A stretch of DNA of 64,000 nucleotides from Deferribacterales bacterium (GTDB taxonomy: Bacteria > Chrysiogenota > Deferribacteres > Deferribacterales > Geovibrionaceae), in contig JBFWLW010000001.1 in assembly GCA_050251945.1 (NCBI GenBank), positions 96,001-160,000 on the forward strand, written 5' to 3'. This document shows, one piece after another, positions 36,550 to 47,836 of the stretch. The notes under the pieces were generated by a model. It saw nothing but the letters and a program-made list of their open reading frames with translations. It made no database searches and had not been told where the DNA came from. The first letter of the stretch is position 1; every line of letters begins with the position of its first letter. Made by a program: the position numbers and the translations under genes.

Positions 36550-38202
36550 TCCCTTCTCTTTGCTGAAAACCATTACCTGTGCGATGTTGTAAACGTGGTC
36601 GGCTGCCTTTTCAAGGTTGTTCACGATGTCTACGAAAAGAAGCCCTGAGTTAATGTTGCATTTGCCTTCGTTCAGCCTGTGCATGTGATTGTTCTTGAAT
36701 TTTTTGCGCAGACTGTCCACAAGCTCCTCATCGTTGAGGTCTATCTCCTTTATGTCCTCGTCCGTTCCGTAGTGTGCGATAGTTGCCACTGCGAACCTTT
36801 CAACTACGTCGAACATATATTTTATCTCTCGGTCTGCCTCGTCTGAGAACTCCATCTCCTTGCGGATGAGTTTATCTGTGAAACGGGCTATGTTGTCCGC
36901 GTTGTCGCCAAGTTTTTCAAGGTTTTGTATAACGTGTGTGAGTTCGTCGATTGTTTTTGCTGTGGATGCGCTGATGTTTTGTCTGGAGAGCTGTGAGAGG
37001 AATCCGGCAAATTCTTTTTCATACTGATCGAGCTTAAACTCCATAATCTTTATGTCCGTCAGCTTCGAGATTTTCGTGTTGTAGGACTCTCTGGAAAGGC
37101 TGAGCATCTCAAGAGAAATCTTTGACATGTTAACAACCTCTTTCTTTGCCTGCGCAACGGCGATGGAGGGTGTTTTAAGCATATTCGCATCCAGACGGAG
37201 CATTTTCGTCAGAGTGTTATCCTCCGGCTTTATGATGCGCTCGCAGAGCTTTGCGATGAGCGGCAGGAAGGGGAGGAACACTATAGTGTTTATAATGTTG
37301 AACGATGTGTGGATGTTCGCAATGTGTCTTGCCATGTATGGTTTTGAACCGTCAGCGGCAATAAAATCGACCGCACCCGGGGTTAAATAGTCTACAATAT
37401 GTATCAGGAACGGAAGCAGGATAAGCATGTAACACACGCCTATAAAGTTGAACAGGAAATGACCCAGAGCTGCCTGTTTTGCCGTTCGGTTTGCACCGAT
37501 GGCTGCAAGGTTTGCAGTGATGGTTGTTCCTATGTTTTCGCCCATAACAAGGGCTGCCGCGGCTGTGAAATCAAGTATCCCCGTGCTTGCCAGCGCAATG
37601 GTTATACCTACGGTGGCGGAACTGCTCTGCACTATCATGGTGAGAACCGCACCCGCAATGCAGGCTATTATGGGGTTTTTGCCGAAGAAGACGAACATGT
37701 CCACGAATCCCTGCATTTCGCGCAGAGGCACGAATGATTTGGTCATGGTTTCCATTCCGAAGAAGAGAAGACCGAAGCCGAGAATTATTTCGCCGTAATA
37801 TTTAAGCTTTGAGTTTGAACTGAACATTGCCAGCACAACGCCGATACCGATGCATGGCATGGCAAGTGCAGTAACCTTGAAAGCTATCAACTGCGCTGTT
37901 ATGGTTGTGCCTATGTTAGCGCCGAAGACAACACTGAGCGCCTGCATAAGGTTCATCAGTCCCGCGTTTACAAAACCGACTACCATAACTGTTGTTGCTG
38001 ATGAACTTTGAATTACTACCGTTACGGCAGTACCCACAAGGGTGCCTATGAATCTGTTTGAAGTGAATTTCTCGATGATGCTTTTAAGACCTTCGCCCGC
38101 GCTCTTCTGAAGCCCTTCCGACATGAGCTTCATACCAAACAGGAACATACCCAGTCCGCCCATCGTGCCGAACAGGATTTCCACCCATAGGGAGTCAAAC
38201 AT
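36535..38202 (-). CDS. Na/Pi cotransporter family protein with PhoU-like C-terminus
   Basis: Duplicated QSSSA and GANIGTT/GENIGTT motifs; LEKLGD and LEKAADH PhoU-like repeats. Confidence 0.93.
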   Translation of the reverse strand: MFDSLWVEILFGTMGGLGMFLFGMKLMSEGLQKSAGEGLKSIIEKFTSNRFIGTLVGTAVTVVIQSSSATTVMVVGFVNAGLMNLMQALSVVFGANIGTTITAQLIAFKVTALAMPCIGIGVVLAMFSSNSKLKYYGEIILGFGLLFFGMETMTKSFVPLREMQGFVDMFVFFGKNPIIACIAGAVLTMIVQSSSATVGITIALASTGILDFTAAAALVMGENIGTTITANLAAIGANRTAKQAALGHFLFNFIGVCYMLILLPFLIHIVDYLTPGAVDFIAADGSKPYMARHIANIHTSFNIINTIVFLPFLPLIAKLCERIIKPEDNTLTKMLRLDANMLKTPSIAVAQAKKEVVNMSKISLEMLSLSRESYNTKISKLTDIKIMEFKLDQYEKEFAGFLSQLSRQNISASTAKTIDELTHVIQNLEKLGDNADNIARFTDKLIRKEMEFSDEADREIKYMFDVVERFAVATIAHYGTDEDIKEIDLNDEELVDSLRKKFKNNHMHRLNEGKCNINSGLLFVDIVNNLEKAADHVYNIAQVMVFSKEKGLKTS

Positions 38203-38245
38203 ATGCCACCGCCACTGTTTTATAATCAGCGACAGGATACAGAAC

Positions 38246-38299
38246 TGTTAAAAAAATGCAAGACAAAAGTCAGAAAAATGTAATGTTAAATTTTTGTCA
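38246..38299 (-). promoter_or_regulatory. Pho-box-like 11-bp direct repeats upstream of the Na/Pi transporter
   Basis: TGTTA/TGCAA/AGTCA/TGTAA at 38246, 38257, 38268, 38279; TGTTA/TGTCA at 38284, 38295. Confidence 0.6.
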
Positions 38300-38301
38300 A
38301 A

Positions 38302-40020
38302 TCAGGCATTATCCTGATTTTTCTCCTTTTCTTCAAGGACTACCGTGAACGTATTACCGTTTTTCTTATTGGTTTTAACGAACACTTTTCCGTCGTAAAG
38401 GGTGACAATGTGCTTAACTATGGAAAGCCCCAGACCTGTGCCTGTTGAGTTCTGGTTTTTTGACTTGTCCATGGTGTAAAAGCGCTCGAATATTCTCTGC
38501 TGTTCTTCAACAGGGATGGCGGGACCTTCGTCCTCAACTTTAAGGGTTATTTTATTGTCAGACTGTTCGAGACTGACGGAAATATTGTCCCCTGTGGAAT
38601 ACTTAACTGCGTTGTCAACCAGATTGGTCACGACGCTCATCAGGTGTTCACGCAGGATATAAACTTCCGTTGCGTTGGATTCAAATGAAATATTTTGAGG
38701 TCTGTCGCTGTAATAAGCCTCTATCTCTTCCTTGAGCTCGGCTAAGTTTGTCGGCTCCTCAAGATTTATCTCTTCGCGGAGCATTTCAAGCCTGTGGAGT
38801 TTGAGTATGTCGTTTATAAGCAGGTTCAGCCTGTTTGAACTGCTGTATATGATGTTGATGAATTTATCGTGGAACTTCTTATCCATGTCCGGGTCGTTCA
38901 TGATGGTCTCTGAATACCCCATGATCATTGCCAGCGGAGTTTTAAGCTCGTGGGTAATGTTGCCTATCAGTTCGGTTTTAAACTGCTCATATTCGGCTCT
39001 TTCGGTTATATCGAAGAAGGCGACGAGTTTTTCATTGTCATAAACTCTGATGTATACTTCGTAAATACGTCCTCTGAGGCTTTTTTGCGTTCTTTTGGAG
39101 TCTGTAGTGGTCAGCACGTCCGTAAGGAAGGAGAGCGCCTCCATATCGTTTGTCTGTTTGATAACGTTCTGACCCTCTTTAAGGTTGAAACCGAGGTATT
39201 GCGATGCGCGCTGGTTAAAGTGCAGAACCGCGTCTTTGTTGTCCAGAAGGATTATGCCCTCTTCAAGTATGCCGAAGATGTGGTTGAGCTTCTGTTTTTC
39301 GTGTTCAAGCTGTTTTGTCTTCTGGTGCATGGAATTGTATATCCGATAGATAACGCTTACCAGTTTTGTAAGTGTTTTGTCGCTGAAAGAGGGGAAGTAT
39401 ACTTTCGTTTCGCCCGCCTCAATTCTGTCGGCAACCAGTGAAAGCTGATGTATCGGGTTGCTTATGCGTCTTGCCAGATAGAGCGAGATGAGCCCCACTG
39501 TGATGAACAGAAAAATATATATTGTTACGTTCTGCTTGATAAGTCTTTCCTGAATAGCTGCGATGTCAGCCATGGGGTATGATATGCGCAAAACGATTCC
39601 GGCGTTGTATTTAACGGCGTAGTAGTTCATTGCCTCTTCGGTGGTGGAGCTTCTTCTTATGGAACTGCCGCTGCCTCTCTCGAATGCTTCGATAACTTCG
39701 GGTCTTTCGGCGTGGTTTTCCATCTTCTTAACGTGCGCGAGGTCGTAGTAAGAATCGTCAACGACTGTACCGTCTTTTCTGATCACGGTGACACGGATAT
39801 TTGTATTCTTTGAAAGCTCGGCAAGTTTTTCATGTACCTGCGGGTCAAACTCTTCCGTGAAGTGATAACCTTTCAGTATCTCCGCTTTATTTTCCATTTC
39901 AGCGTTGAATTTAGCTGATTCCGCCTGAAGCGTTACTTTGTTGCTCACCTTCCAGCCGATGCCGAGAAGTATGGCAACGGGGATGTAAATTATCAGAAAT
40001 ACTTTAAGGTATGATCTCAT
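38302..40020 (-). CDS. phoR: Phosphate regulon sensor histidine kinase
   Basis: Two TMs, MENHAERPEV sensor motif, HAMP, PAS-like, THELKTPL H-box, NAVKY, GTGLGLSIVKH. Confidence 0.88.
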   Translation of the reverse strand: MRSYLKVFLIIYIPVAILLGIGWKVSNKVTLQAESAKFNAEMENKAEILKGYHFTEEFDPQVHEKLAELSKNTNIRVTVIRKDGTVVDDSYYDLAHVKKMENHAERPEVIEAFERGSGSSIRRSSTTEEAMNYYAVKYNAGIVLRISYPMADIAAIQERLIKQNVTIYIFLFITVGLISLYLARRISNPIHQLSLVADRIEAGETKVYFPSFSDKTLTKLVSVIYRIYNSMHQKTKQLEHEKQKLNHIFGILEEGIILLDNKDAVLHFNQRASQYLGFNLKEGQNVIKQTNDMEALSFLTDVLTTTDSKRTQKSLRGRIYEVYIRVYDNEKLVAFFDITERAEYEQFKTELIGNITHELKTPLAMIMGYSETIMNDPDMDKKFHDKFINIIYSSSNRLNLLINDILKLHRLEMLREEINLEEPTNLAELKEEIEAYYSDRPQNISFESNATEVYILREHLMSVVTNLVDNAVKYSTGDNISVSLEQSDNKITLKVEDEGPAIPVEEQQRIFERFYTMDKSKNQNSTGTGLGLSIVKHIVTLYDGKVFVKTNKKNGNTFTVVLEEKEKNQDNA

Positions 40021-40688
40021 ATGTCTGCTCTGTATCCTATTTTCGGTACTGATTTAATAAATGTGCCTCTGTCGCCCAGTTTTTTGCGGAGAGATGAAAC
40101 GTGTGTGTCCACTGTTCTTGTGTACACATCCGATTCATATCCCCAGACTGCGTTGAGTATCTGGTTTCTTGTAAAAACCCTCTTGGGGTGTTTCAGAAGC
40201 ATTAGGAGGAGTTCGTATTCCTTATTGGTAAGGCTCACGTCCTCTCCGTCAACTGTAACCGTATAGTTGCCTGTGTCAATGTTTATTCCGTTGATGGATA
40301 TCACTTTTGACTTTATGGCGGGGTTTCTGCGCAGTATAGCGTTTATCTTTGCGATAAGGATTTTGATGCTGAACGGTTTTGTGAGGTAGTCGTCCGCACC
40401 CATCTCAAGCCCGTTTATGATATCCTGCTCGGTGTTCTTTGCCGAGATGATGATTATCGGTACGCCTGAGAATTTTTTGTTGTTGCGGACTATCTGCAGA
40501 AACTGCATCCCTTTAAGCCCCGGGAGCATCAGGTCAAGGAGAATAATATCCACGTCGTTGTTCTCAAGGTGGATAAGACCTTCGTTCGCGTTGTCAAAGC
40601 AGATGGTTTCGCAGTTTTCCTTTGAAAGATTGTAGGAGATAAGATCCCTTATCTCTTCGTGGTCTTCAATGACAAGAACTTTTATCAT
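40017..40688 (-). CDS. phoB: OmpR-family response regulator
   Basis: LLDLMLP, GADDYLTKPF, RTVDTHVSSLRKKL; in an operon with phoU and phoR. Confidence 0.88.
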   Translation of the reverse strand: MIKVLVIEDHEEIRDLISYNLSKENCETICFDNANEGLIHLENNDVDIILLDLMLPGLKGMQFLQIVRNNKKFSGVPIIIISAKNTEQDIINGLEMGADDYLTKPFSIKILIAKINAILRRNPAIKSKVISINGINIDTGNYTVTVDGEDVSLTNKEYELLLMLLKHPKRVFTRNQILNAVWGYESDVYTRTVDTHVSSLRKKLGDRGTFIKSVPKIGYRADI

Positions 40689-41365
40689 GCTTCCTCCTCT
40701 TCGATATCAATTACCGTGTGGCGGATTATTTTGCCTTCGACCATATAGTAGACCATCTCGGCGATGTTCGTTGCGTGATCGGCTATTCTTTCCAGTCTGC
40801 GGGAGATGTTAAGCAGTGCAAGCACTGTGTGCAGTTTGCTGACATCTTCCATTGTATATGTAAGAAGCTCTCTCATTACCTGATCATGGAGCTGGTCTAT
40901 CATATCGTCGCGCTTAATGACCTCAAATGCCGTTTTAGTGTCGGAGTTAAAGAACGCTTCCAGCGCGTCGTGTATCATGCCTGTGGCGATGTCCGCCATC
41001 TTGGGTATGTCTATGTAGGGTTTAAGCTGTGTCTGTTCGGAAAGCCTTATGGACTCGCGGCAAATGCTGACCGCGTGGTCGCCGACACGCTCGATGTCGG
41101 TGATTATACGGGTTGCCGTTATGATATATCTGAGGTCTACCGCTTTCGGCTCAAAAAGCGCCAGCATCTTTACACAGTGTTCGTCGATGTCAACGTCCAG
41201 CCTGTCGAGCCTTTCGTCTGTTTCAATGACGGAAAGGGCAAGTTCCTGATCACGGTTCACAAGCGATTTTATGGATTCCGCAACCATTTTTGTGGCTGTG
41301 GTCGCCATTTCCGCGAGCATACCTTTGAGCTGGATGTATTCTTTTTCGTGTCTGAATGCTGTCAT
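40685..41365 (-). CDS. phoU: Phosphate signalling protein PhoU
   Basis: P.A.DLR, DIERVGDHA, LERIADHATNIAE. Confidence 0.95.
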   Translation of the reverse strand: MTAFRHEKEYIQLKGMLAEMATTATKMVAESIKSLVNRDQELALSVIETDERLDRLDVDIDEHCVKMLALFEPKAVDLRYIITATRIITDIERVGDHAVSICRESIRLSEQTQLKPYIDIPKMADIATGMIHDALEAFFNSDTKTAFEVIKRDDMIDQLHDQVMRELLTYTMEDVSKLHTVLALLNISRRLERIADHATNIAEMVYYMVEGKIIRHTVIDIEEEEA

Positions 41366-41471
41366 ATCTTTTCACCTCATTAATGCCGAAGGTGTTTTTT
41401 ATTAATGCAAGTATAACACCAATATCTGTAAAATTAACATGTTCGGCTTCTGCACAACAATAATTAAGTTG

Positions 41472-41510
41472 TGTAAGATGTCTGTGAAACTAATGTCAAA
41501 GAAATGTAAA
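41472..41510 (-). promoter_or_regulatory. Pho-box array upstream of phoU-phoB-phoR
   Basis: TGTAA/TGTGA/TGTCA/TGTAA at exact 11-bp period (41472, 41483, 41494, 41505). Confidence 0.7.
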
Positions 41511-41525
41511 ATTATTGATTATGTG

Positions 41526-42257
41526 TCAGATTCTGCCGTTTTTGTTCAGAACGGTCAGGTGTTCGGCGACAGCTTTGCCAAGGACTGAGAGCAGAAGCTG
41601 AACCTCTCTTCCGGTGAAGTTTTTGGATTCTGTCATAAGGCGTATTTCTTCAAATATTTTGTCTGGATTCTGCGTATTGAGACATCCGAACGTTTCAAGG
41701 AATAGTTTCATCTTGCTCATGAGGGCTTCGGTGAGCTTTCTGTCGGCATATTTAATTTCTGTGTGCGGCGTTCTGTCCGGAGTGTTCTTTATCTCCCACA
41801 GCACAACAAGCACCGCCTGAGCGAGGTTCATACTGGGGAACACGTCCGATGTATCAAGGCTGACAAACCTGTGGCATGCCGAAAGCTGTGTGTTTGAAAG
41901 CCCTGCCTTTTCGTTTCCGAAGAGCAGTCCGGCGGTCATGCCTTTGGATGTGATGTCAAGAAGCAGGTCTTTCAGACCGGAAAGCGGTATGTGCAGTCCT
42001 TCGGTTTTTGGCGTGCGCATACTGATTCCGATTATTTTGTCCGAACCTGTAAGAAGATCATCGAAATCTTTTGCATGGCGCGCGTTCTTAAGTATGTTCT
42101 CCGCCATAAGCGCATATTTAAGCGCAGTGGGATGGGTGCTGTTCAGCCGTCCGTAATAAGCAAGCTCCGAAAACTCTGTGTTTGCCATTGCGCGGGCGAT
42201 GAAGCCCAGATTGACAGCTCCCTCCGGATTGGCGAGCAGAACCCTGATACTTTTCAA
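41526..42257 (-). CDS. SPOUT RNA methyltransferase, TrmJ/LasT family
   Basis: NLGFIARAMAN, LFGNEKAGLSN, SMNLAQAV; TTG start. Confidence 0.88.
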   Translation of the reverse strand: MKSIRVLLANPEGAVNLGFIARAMANTEFSELAYYGRLNSTHPTALKYALMAENILKNARHAKDFDDLLTGSDKIIGISMRTPKTEGLHIPLSGLKDLLLDITSKGMTAGLLFGNEKAGLSNTQLSACHRFVSLDTSDVFPSMNLAQAVLVVLWEIKNTPDRTPHTEIKYADRKLTEALMSKMKLFLETFGCLNTQNPDKIFEEIRLMTESKNFTGREVQLLLSVLGKAVAEHLTVLNKNGRI

Positions 42258-42258
42258 A

Positions 42259-42972
42259 TCAGCTTGTCCTGTTTGATATTCTCAAAATTCTTTCGTAGTT
42301 AATCATTACCGCTCTGTAATACTTTTCTGAAACGTTTCCGCCGCTGCGTATCTGCTTTTGCAGGTTGCCCGGTCCCATGTTATAGGCTATCAGGGCGTAT
42401 TTCTGATTGTCATATTTGTTCAGAAGGTACGCGAGATAGCTTATGCCGACTCGGATGTTTTTTTGCGGGTCGAAAAGGTCTGAACGGTTTTGAAGGTTGA
42501 TGTTGTCGTGCATGTCGGAAACATAGAAGGCTGTGCCGGGAAGAACCTGCATAAAGCCCACCGCTCCCTTGTTCGACACGACGTGTCTGCGGAAGGAACT
42601 TTCTGTCTTTATCACCGCCAGAACCAGATAAGGGTCGATACCCTTTTCAAAAGATTCGGACGCTATGAGATAGGCGAAGTCCATATAGTTCATACCGCCC
42701 GTGTTCGGTCGGTATATTTCCAGTACGTTTTTGATATCCATAACCAGAGCGGCAAACGAAAGCCTGCGCTTTTCGTTTTCCAGACTGTTTGAGAACTGCC
42801 TGTAACTCTCTGAGTCAATGTTGTTTTCTGAACTTATTCTGTCCACTGTGGAACTGATTGCAGTGAGATACACTACGTTCATAATAAGAAATCCGAAAAC
42901 AACAATAGTTATGGACACAAAGAGTGCAGCCAGAGTATTCTGTGCCCTGTTAGTTATTCGTATGTTTAGCAT
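42259..42972 (-). CDS. Lytic transglycosylase (SLT domain), membrane anchored
   Basis: AVIKTESSF, GAVGFMQV.P.TA, LFDPQKNI..G..YL, AYNMGPG. Confidence 0.9.
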   Translation of the reverse strand: MLNIRITNRAQNTLAALFVSITIVVFGFLIMNVVYLTAISSTVDRISSENNIDSESYRQFSNSLENEKRRLSFAALVMDIKNVLEIYRPNTGGMNYMDFAYLIASESFEKGIDPYLVLAVIKTESSFRRHVVSNKGAVGFMQVLPGTAFYVSDMHDNINLQNRSDLFDPQKNIRVGISYLAYLLNKYDNQKYALIAYNMGPGNLQKQIRSGGNVSEKYYRAVMINYERILRISNRTS

Positions 42973-43073
42973 GATTCCCGATAGTATTGTGTTTGAGCAT
43001 ATTTGATGATTACAAAATATTAGCCGCAGCGGCAAAAGTAAAGGGAAAAATTCCAAACCGGGGCAGGGCAGAT

Positions 43074-43781
43074 ATGTACAGATATCCCAAGTTATTGAGA
43101 GGAAAGTTTATAAAAAGGTATAAAAGATTTTTTACAGACGTGCTTCTTGACGGTGAAATTGTCACCGCGCACAACCCGAACACGGGCACCATGAAGTGCA
43201 TCGTTCAGGAGGGCAGGGACGTTATTCTTTCCGTTTCCGACAACCCGAACCGCAAGCTGAAATACACTCTGGAGGGCTTTCTGGTGGACGGAAAATGGGT
43301 GCTTACCAATACCATACTGATGAACACCGTGGTAAAACGCGGCATACCTGACAACGAAATTGAGGAGCTTAAGGACTGCACGGCGCTTAAAAGCGAATAT
43401 AAGTTCGGCGACGGGCGCATAGATTTTTACGGTGAGAGGGCGGGCGGAAGATTCCTTGCGGAAGTAAAAAACGCTACTCTGTTCGATGATGAATACTGCA
43501 TGTTTCCCGACGCAGTGACAGAGCGCGGGCGTAAACATATCGGGCTTCTGCTTCAGGCTATGGAGCAGGGGTACACCCCGTATATGATATATGTGTGTCA
43601 GGTGAACAGACCTTTGTTCCGCGCGGCGCACGAGATAGATCCGAAATATTCCGAGGCGCTCTCGGATGCCTGCCTGAAAGGGCTTAATGTGATAACTGTC
43701 ATGACGGATTTTGATATTGATAAGGGCGAAGTGAGGCTTGTTAAAGGCGGGGTTTTCAGAGTAGACCGACAAGTCGGGTAA
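43074..43781 (+). CDS. sfsA: DNA/RNA nuclease SfsA
   Basis: RYKRF, HNPNTGTM, RIDF, EVKN, FPDAVTERGRKH. Confidence 0.95.
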   Translation: MYRYPKLLRGKFIKRYKRFFTDVLLDGEIVTAHNPNTGTMKCIVQEGRDVILSVSDNPNRKLKYTLEGFLVDGKWVLTNTILMNTVVKRGIPDNEIEELKDCTALKSEYKFGDGRIDFYGERAGGRFLAEVKNATLFDDEYCMFPDAVTERGRKHIGLLLQAMEQGYTPYMIYVCQVNRPLFRAAHEIDPKYSEALSDACLKGLNVITVMTDFDIDKGEVRLVKGGVFRVDRQVG

Positions 43782-44658
43782 GGTACCCTTCGTCGTTTGT
43801 CTGTCCTGTCTTTACCATATAGTCGAGTTCCGCGAAAGTTCCGAACAGGTTTATCAGCTCCTCATGTTTCCACACTTTCGCACCTGTTTTTATCCTATCC
43901 AGAAGAAAAAAACGGTTCTCTTTTACCATATCCTTTGAAACCTGCATTGAATACACGTCTCGCATCCTTTTAAATAGCAGGTTTATCAGTATACGGAGGT
44001 TTTCGCCGGAGGCTATGAATTCCGTCAGCAGCGCAAAGCACTCCTTACGCTTTCTGTATGTAAAGTTGTCTATGAATACGAATATATTGTCCTGACGTTT
44101 CGCGGTTATCGCTTTCAGAATGTCCGACTGTGTTTCTGGTTTTTTATATGCGAAATATGCGGTCAGCTTGTCCACTTCACTCTTTATCATGGACAGATTG
44201 CCGTCGAAAAGCTCATTTATCTGACCCGCAGCCGACATGTCCACCGTGAATCCGGCATCGGAGAACATTCTTATGACCCTTCCTGTGATGTCCTGTTTTT
44301 TACTCTCTTCCGTGAGAAGGCTGAATCCGGCGGAAGCAAGCGCTTCGGAAAGTTTTTTGTCCGTTTTTGTCTCTTCCGTCATTATTATTATGGCGGATTC
44401 TATGCAGTTGGCGCAGCTTTTGACCAAAGATACTTTGTCTTTAACTGCGTTGAATGATTTTATAACGGCGGCTTTGGATTCGCTGAAGAGCGGGGCGGAG
44501 CTGATGAAACCATAGAAAGAATCGGACAGTTCTTCGGGATTGAAGGTCTCCGTTTCGCAGTCCTGAATCTTCTCAAGTATCTTCTTTAACTGCTCTTCCT
44601 GATAAAAACTGCTTCCGGCTATGTACCAGAATGGTTTACCTGAGGTTTTCAAATTCAT
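43756..44658 (-). CDS. holA: DNA polymerase III delta subunit
   Basis: APLFS, GNLSMIKSEVDKL, DYMVKTG; leuS-lptE-holA synteny; start uncertain. Confidence 0.8.
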   Translation of the reverse strand: MNLKTSGKPFWYIAGSSFYQEEQLKKILEKIQDCETETFNPEELSDSFYGFISSAPLFSESKAAVIKSFNAVKDKVSLVKSCANCIESAIIIMTEETKTDKKLSEALASAGFSLLTEESKKQDITGRVIRMFSDAGFTVDMSAAGQINELFDGNLSMIKSEVDKLTAYFAYKKPETQSDILKAITAKRQDNIFVFIDNFTYRKRKECFALLTEFIASGENLRILINLLFKRMRDVYSMQVSKDMVKENRFFLLDRIKTGAKVWKHEELINLFGTFAELDYMVKTGQTNDEGYLTRLVGLL

Positions 44659-45130
44659 ATCTGAAATTGTCAAGCGCTGTTCTGACAGCTTCTTTGATAG
44701 CCTGATTCCTGTTCGCCATGGAGCCTGAAAGGGAGGATGTCTGGCTGTATGTCACTATGGAACCGAAGTTGCGCGAGAATTTCTCTGCACCGCTCTTGTC
44801 TTTCACAAGCACGTTAATTACTATCGAGAGGTCGAACGTCGCCGTCTGACCGGATGTCAGTTTAACAGCGGATGAGGAAGATACGTTTGTCAGAGTGATA
44901 TACCCGATGTTGTCGGTGTTGTCCTTCCTGCCCAGTGCATTGATGGACGCAAAATACGACTTAACTTCGTTCGTGAAAAGCTGTTCCACGTTCACCTCTT
45001 TAGAGGTGTTCTCTATGGACGCGGGATATATGGCGAAAGAAGCCTTTCTTCCCGTAAGGGCTATCTTATAGCCGCATCCGTACACAAAAAGAGTTACCAG
45101 AAGGACGGAAAGAAGAGCTTTTGTTTTCAT
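44636..45130 (-). CDS. lptE: LptE family lipoprotein
   Basis: Lipobox YGCGY, ENTS motif; lies between leuS and holA. Confidence 0.75.
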   Translation of the reverse strand: MKTKALLSVLLVTLFVYGCGYKIALTGRKASFAIYPASIENTSKEVNVEQLFTNEVKSYFASINALGRKDNTDNIGYITLTNVSSSSAVKLTSGQTATFDLSIVINVLVKDKSGAEKFSRNFGSIVTYSQTSSLSGSMANRNQAIKEAVRTALDNFRYEFENLR

Positions 45131-45131
45131 G

Positions 45132-47684
45132 TTATTTCACCACGAAGTTTACAAGTTTGTTGGGGACGTATATCTTTTTAACAAAGGTTGTTCCCTCTGT
45201 GTATTTTGCCACATTCTCGTTGGCAATAGCAATCCCGAATACTTCATCCTGCTGCATATCTCTGGATATGTTTATCTGTCCCCTGAGTTTGCCGTTGACC
45301 TGCACAGCTACAACTACCTCATCTTTAACGGTGTGCGAAGCGTCAAATTTGACCCACTCCGCTCTGGATACCAGACCGCCAAGATCCGCCGCTTCCCAGA
45401 GCTCTTCGCAGAGATGAGGTGTAAACGGTGCAAGGAGTTTTATGAGCGTCACCAGACATTCTTTAAAGAGCGCCTTGTGCTCATCTTTTATCTGCGGTTC
45501 GGCAGAATAAAGGCTGTTCACGAACTCCATCATCGCCGCAACTGCCGTGTTGAGCTGATAGCGTTCGATATCCTCAGTCACCTTTTTAATGGTGGAGTGG
45601 AGGGCGAACAGCAGTTCTTTGGTCAGCGCGTCGTCAGCACTGCCGGACTGTTCGGTCTTTATAAGTTCAAGGTTGTTGTAAACCAGTCTGTAGACTCTGT
45701 TCAGAAATCTGAAAGAACCTTCAACACCGGAATCGCTCCATTCAAGCTCTCTTTCGGGCGGGCTTGCGAAAAGTATGAAAAGCCTTGCCGTGTCGGCACC
45801 GTATGTCTGAATAAGCTTGTTCGGATCAACAACATTCTTTTTGGATTTGGACATTTTTTCAACGCGTCCGATGACGACGTCGCTGCCGCATTTGGTGCAT
45901 TTCCCGTCTTTTGCTTCCTCGGGGAAGAGCCAGCCGTCTGTGGGGCATTTGTATGTTTCTTTGCAAACCATGCCCTGAGTCAGCAGTCTTTTGAAGGGTT
46001 CGTCAATGGAAACGTAGCCGAGGTCGCGCAGAACTTTTGTGTAAAAGCGCGCATAGAGTAGGTGGAGAATAGCGTGTTCTATACCGCCGATGTACTGGTC
46101 AACGTTCATCCAGTAGTTTGCGTCGTCTTTATTAAATGGTGCTGTATCGCATTTCGGGGACGTATATCTTAAAAAATACCATGAGGATTCCATAAAGGTA
46201 TCCATGGTATCGGTTTCGCGTCTTGCGGGTTTGCCGCATTTGGGGCATGTGGTGTTGACAAATGATTCAACCTTATCCAGAGGGTTGCCTCGCATTGCGG
46301 GGTTGAATTCAACGTCCGGCAGTTTTACAGGGAGCTGGTCTAACGGTACTGGAACGCTTCCGCAGCAGTCGCACTGGATGAAAGGGATAGGTGCTCCCCA
46401 ATATCTCTGGCGTGATATCTGCCAGTCGCGCAGACGATAGTTTACAGTGCTTTTGCCGAGCTTGTGTTCGTCCAGATAGTCAACTATAGCTTTTTTTGCT
46501 GATTCGTTGTCCGTTCCGTCGAAACAGCCGGAGTTGACCAGTTTTCCGGCACCGGTGTAAGCCTCTGTCATTGTATCAAGGTCGAGACCGTCTTTGGGCA
46601 TGATAACTATCTTAAGTTCGCAGTTGTATTTTTTCGCGAATTCAAAATCTCTCTGGTCGTGGGCGGGAACAGCCATAACGGCGCCTGTTCCGTAGTCCAT
46701 AAGAACGAAGTTGGCGAGGAAAATGGGCATCTGACACCCTGTCAGTGGGTTGATGGCGTATCTTCCGGTGAAGACGCCTTTCTTCTCTTTATCGTCCGCC
46801 ATACGGTTTATCTTGTCATCTTTCAGGATGGATTCGATGAACTGAAGCCCCTCTTTTTCCTGATCAGTACCTTTCAGCAGTGATTTTGCCATGGGATGTT
46901 CCGGAGCGAGGGACATGAACGTCGCGCCGAACAGTGTGTCGGGGCGAGTTGTAAATACGGTTATCTTTTCATCAGAGTGCGTCACCGCAAAGTTTATCTC
47001 CGCACCGTAGGATTTTCCTATCCAGTTTTGCTGCATGGTGAGAACCTTTGAAGGCCACCCGTCCATCTTGTCGGTGAAATCCAGCAGTTCGTCGGCATAA
47101 TCGGTTATTTTCAGATACCAGCCGTCAAGCTCTTTAATGCGAACGTCGTGTCCGCATCGCCAGCATTTGCCGTCCTCAACCTGTTCGTTTGCAAGCACGG
47201 TGTTGCAGTCGTCGCACCAGTTGAGCAGTGATTTCTTTTTATATACCAGTCCTTTTTCATACATCTGTATGAAGACCTGCTGTTCCCATCTGTAATATTC
47301 GGGTTCGCATGTGGCGACTTCCCTCTCCCAGTCGTAGGAAAGACCGAGCTTTTTGAGCTGTGCCTTCATATAGCTGATGTTCGATTTTGTCCAGACGGCG
47401 GGGTGTGTGGAGTTTTCAATCGCCGCGTTTTCTGCGGGAAGACCGAACGCGTCCCACCCCATCGGGTGGAGTACGTTGAAGCCCTGCATGAATTTATATC
47501 GGGAGATGACATCGCCTATCGCATAGTTGCGGACGTGTCCCATATGTATCTTGCCCGAAGGGTATGGGAACATTTCCAGACAGTAAAATTTTTCTTTGCT
47601 TTTATCTGTTTCGACTTTGAAAAGTTTTTTGTCTTCCCATGTCTTCTGCCATTTCTCTTCAATTTCCGCGGGATTGTATTTCAT
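45132..47684 (-). CDS. leuS: Leucine--tRNA ligase
   Basis: [35 protein letters not shown] editing domain, KMSKS. Confidence 0.98.
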   Translation of the reverse strand: MKYNPAEIEEKWQKTWEDKKLFKVETDKSKEKFYCLEMFPYPSGKIHMGHVRNYAIGDVISRYKFMQGFNVLHPMGWDAFGLPAENAAIENSTHPAVWTKSNISYMKAQLKKLGLSYDWEREVATCEPEYYRWEQQVFIQMYEKGLVYKKKSLLNWCDDCNTVLANEQVEDGKCWRCGHDVRIKELDGWYLKITDYADELLDFTDKMDGWPSKVLTMQQNWIGKSYGAEINFAVTHSDEKITVFTTRPDTLFGATFMSLAPEHPMAKSLLKGTDQEKEGLQFIESILKDDKINRMADDKEKKGVFTGRYAINPLTGCQMPIFLANFVLMDYGTGAVMAVPAHDQRDFEFAKKYNCELKIVIMPKDGLDLDTMTEAYTGAGKLVNSGCFDGTDNESAKKAIVDYLDEHKLGKSTVNYRLRDWQISRQRYWGAPIPFIQCDCCGSVPVPLDQLPVKLPDVEFNPAMRGNPLDKVESFVNTTCPKCGKPARRETDTMDTFMESSWYFLRYTSPKCDTAPFNKDDANYWMNVDQYIGGIEHAILHLLYARFYTKVLRDLGYVSIDEPFKRLLTQGMVCKETYKCPTDGWLFPEEAKDGKCTKCGSDVVIGRVEKMSKSKKNVVDPNKLIQTYGADTARLFILFASPPERELEWSDSGVEGSFRFLNRVYRLVYNNLELIKTEQSGSADDALTKELLFALHSTIKKVTEDIERYQLNTAVAAMMEFVNSLYSAEPQIKDEHKALFKECLVTLIKLLAPFTPHLCEELWEAADLGGLVSRAEWVKFDASHTVKDEVVVAVQVNGKLRGQINISRDMQQDEVFGIAIANENVAKYTEGTTFVKKIYVPNKLVNFVVK

Positions 47685-47836
47685 TTAAGAGCCTCCGACT
47701 GCTAAGAGTAAAAAACTATCAAAAATAGGTTAATATATCAAGAATTATTGAGGCTGAATTTAAATGACATTTTTTTTCCTTTTGCGTCCATCTAAAAGCT
47801 GTTATAATACACAAAATATAGAACAGGACTTTTTTA

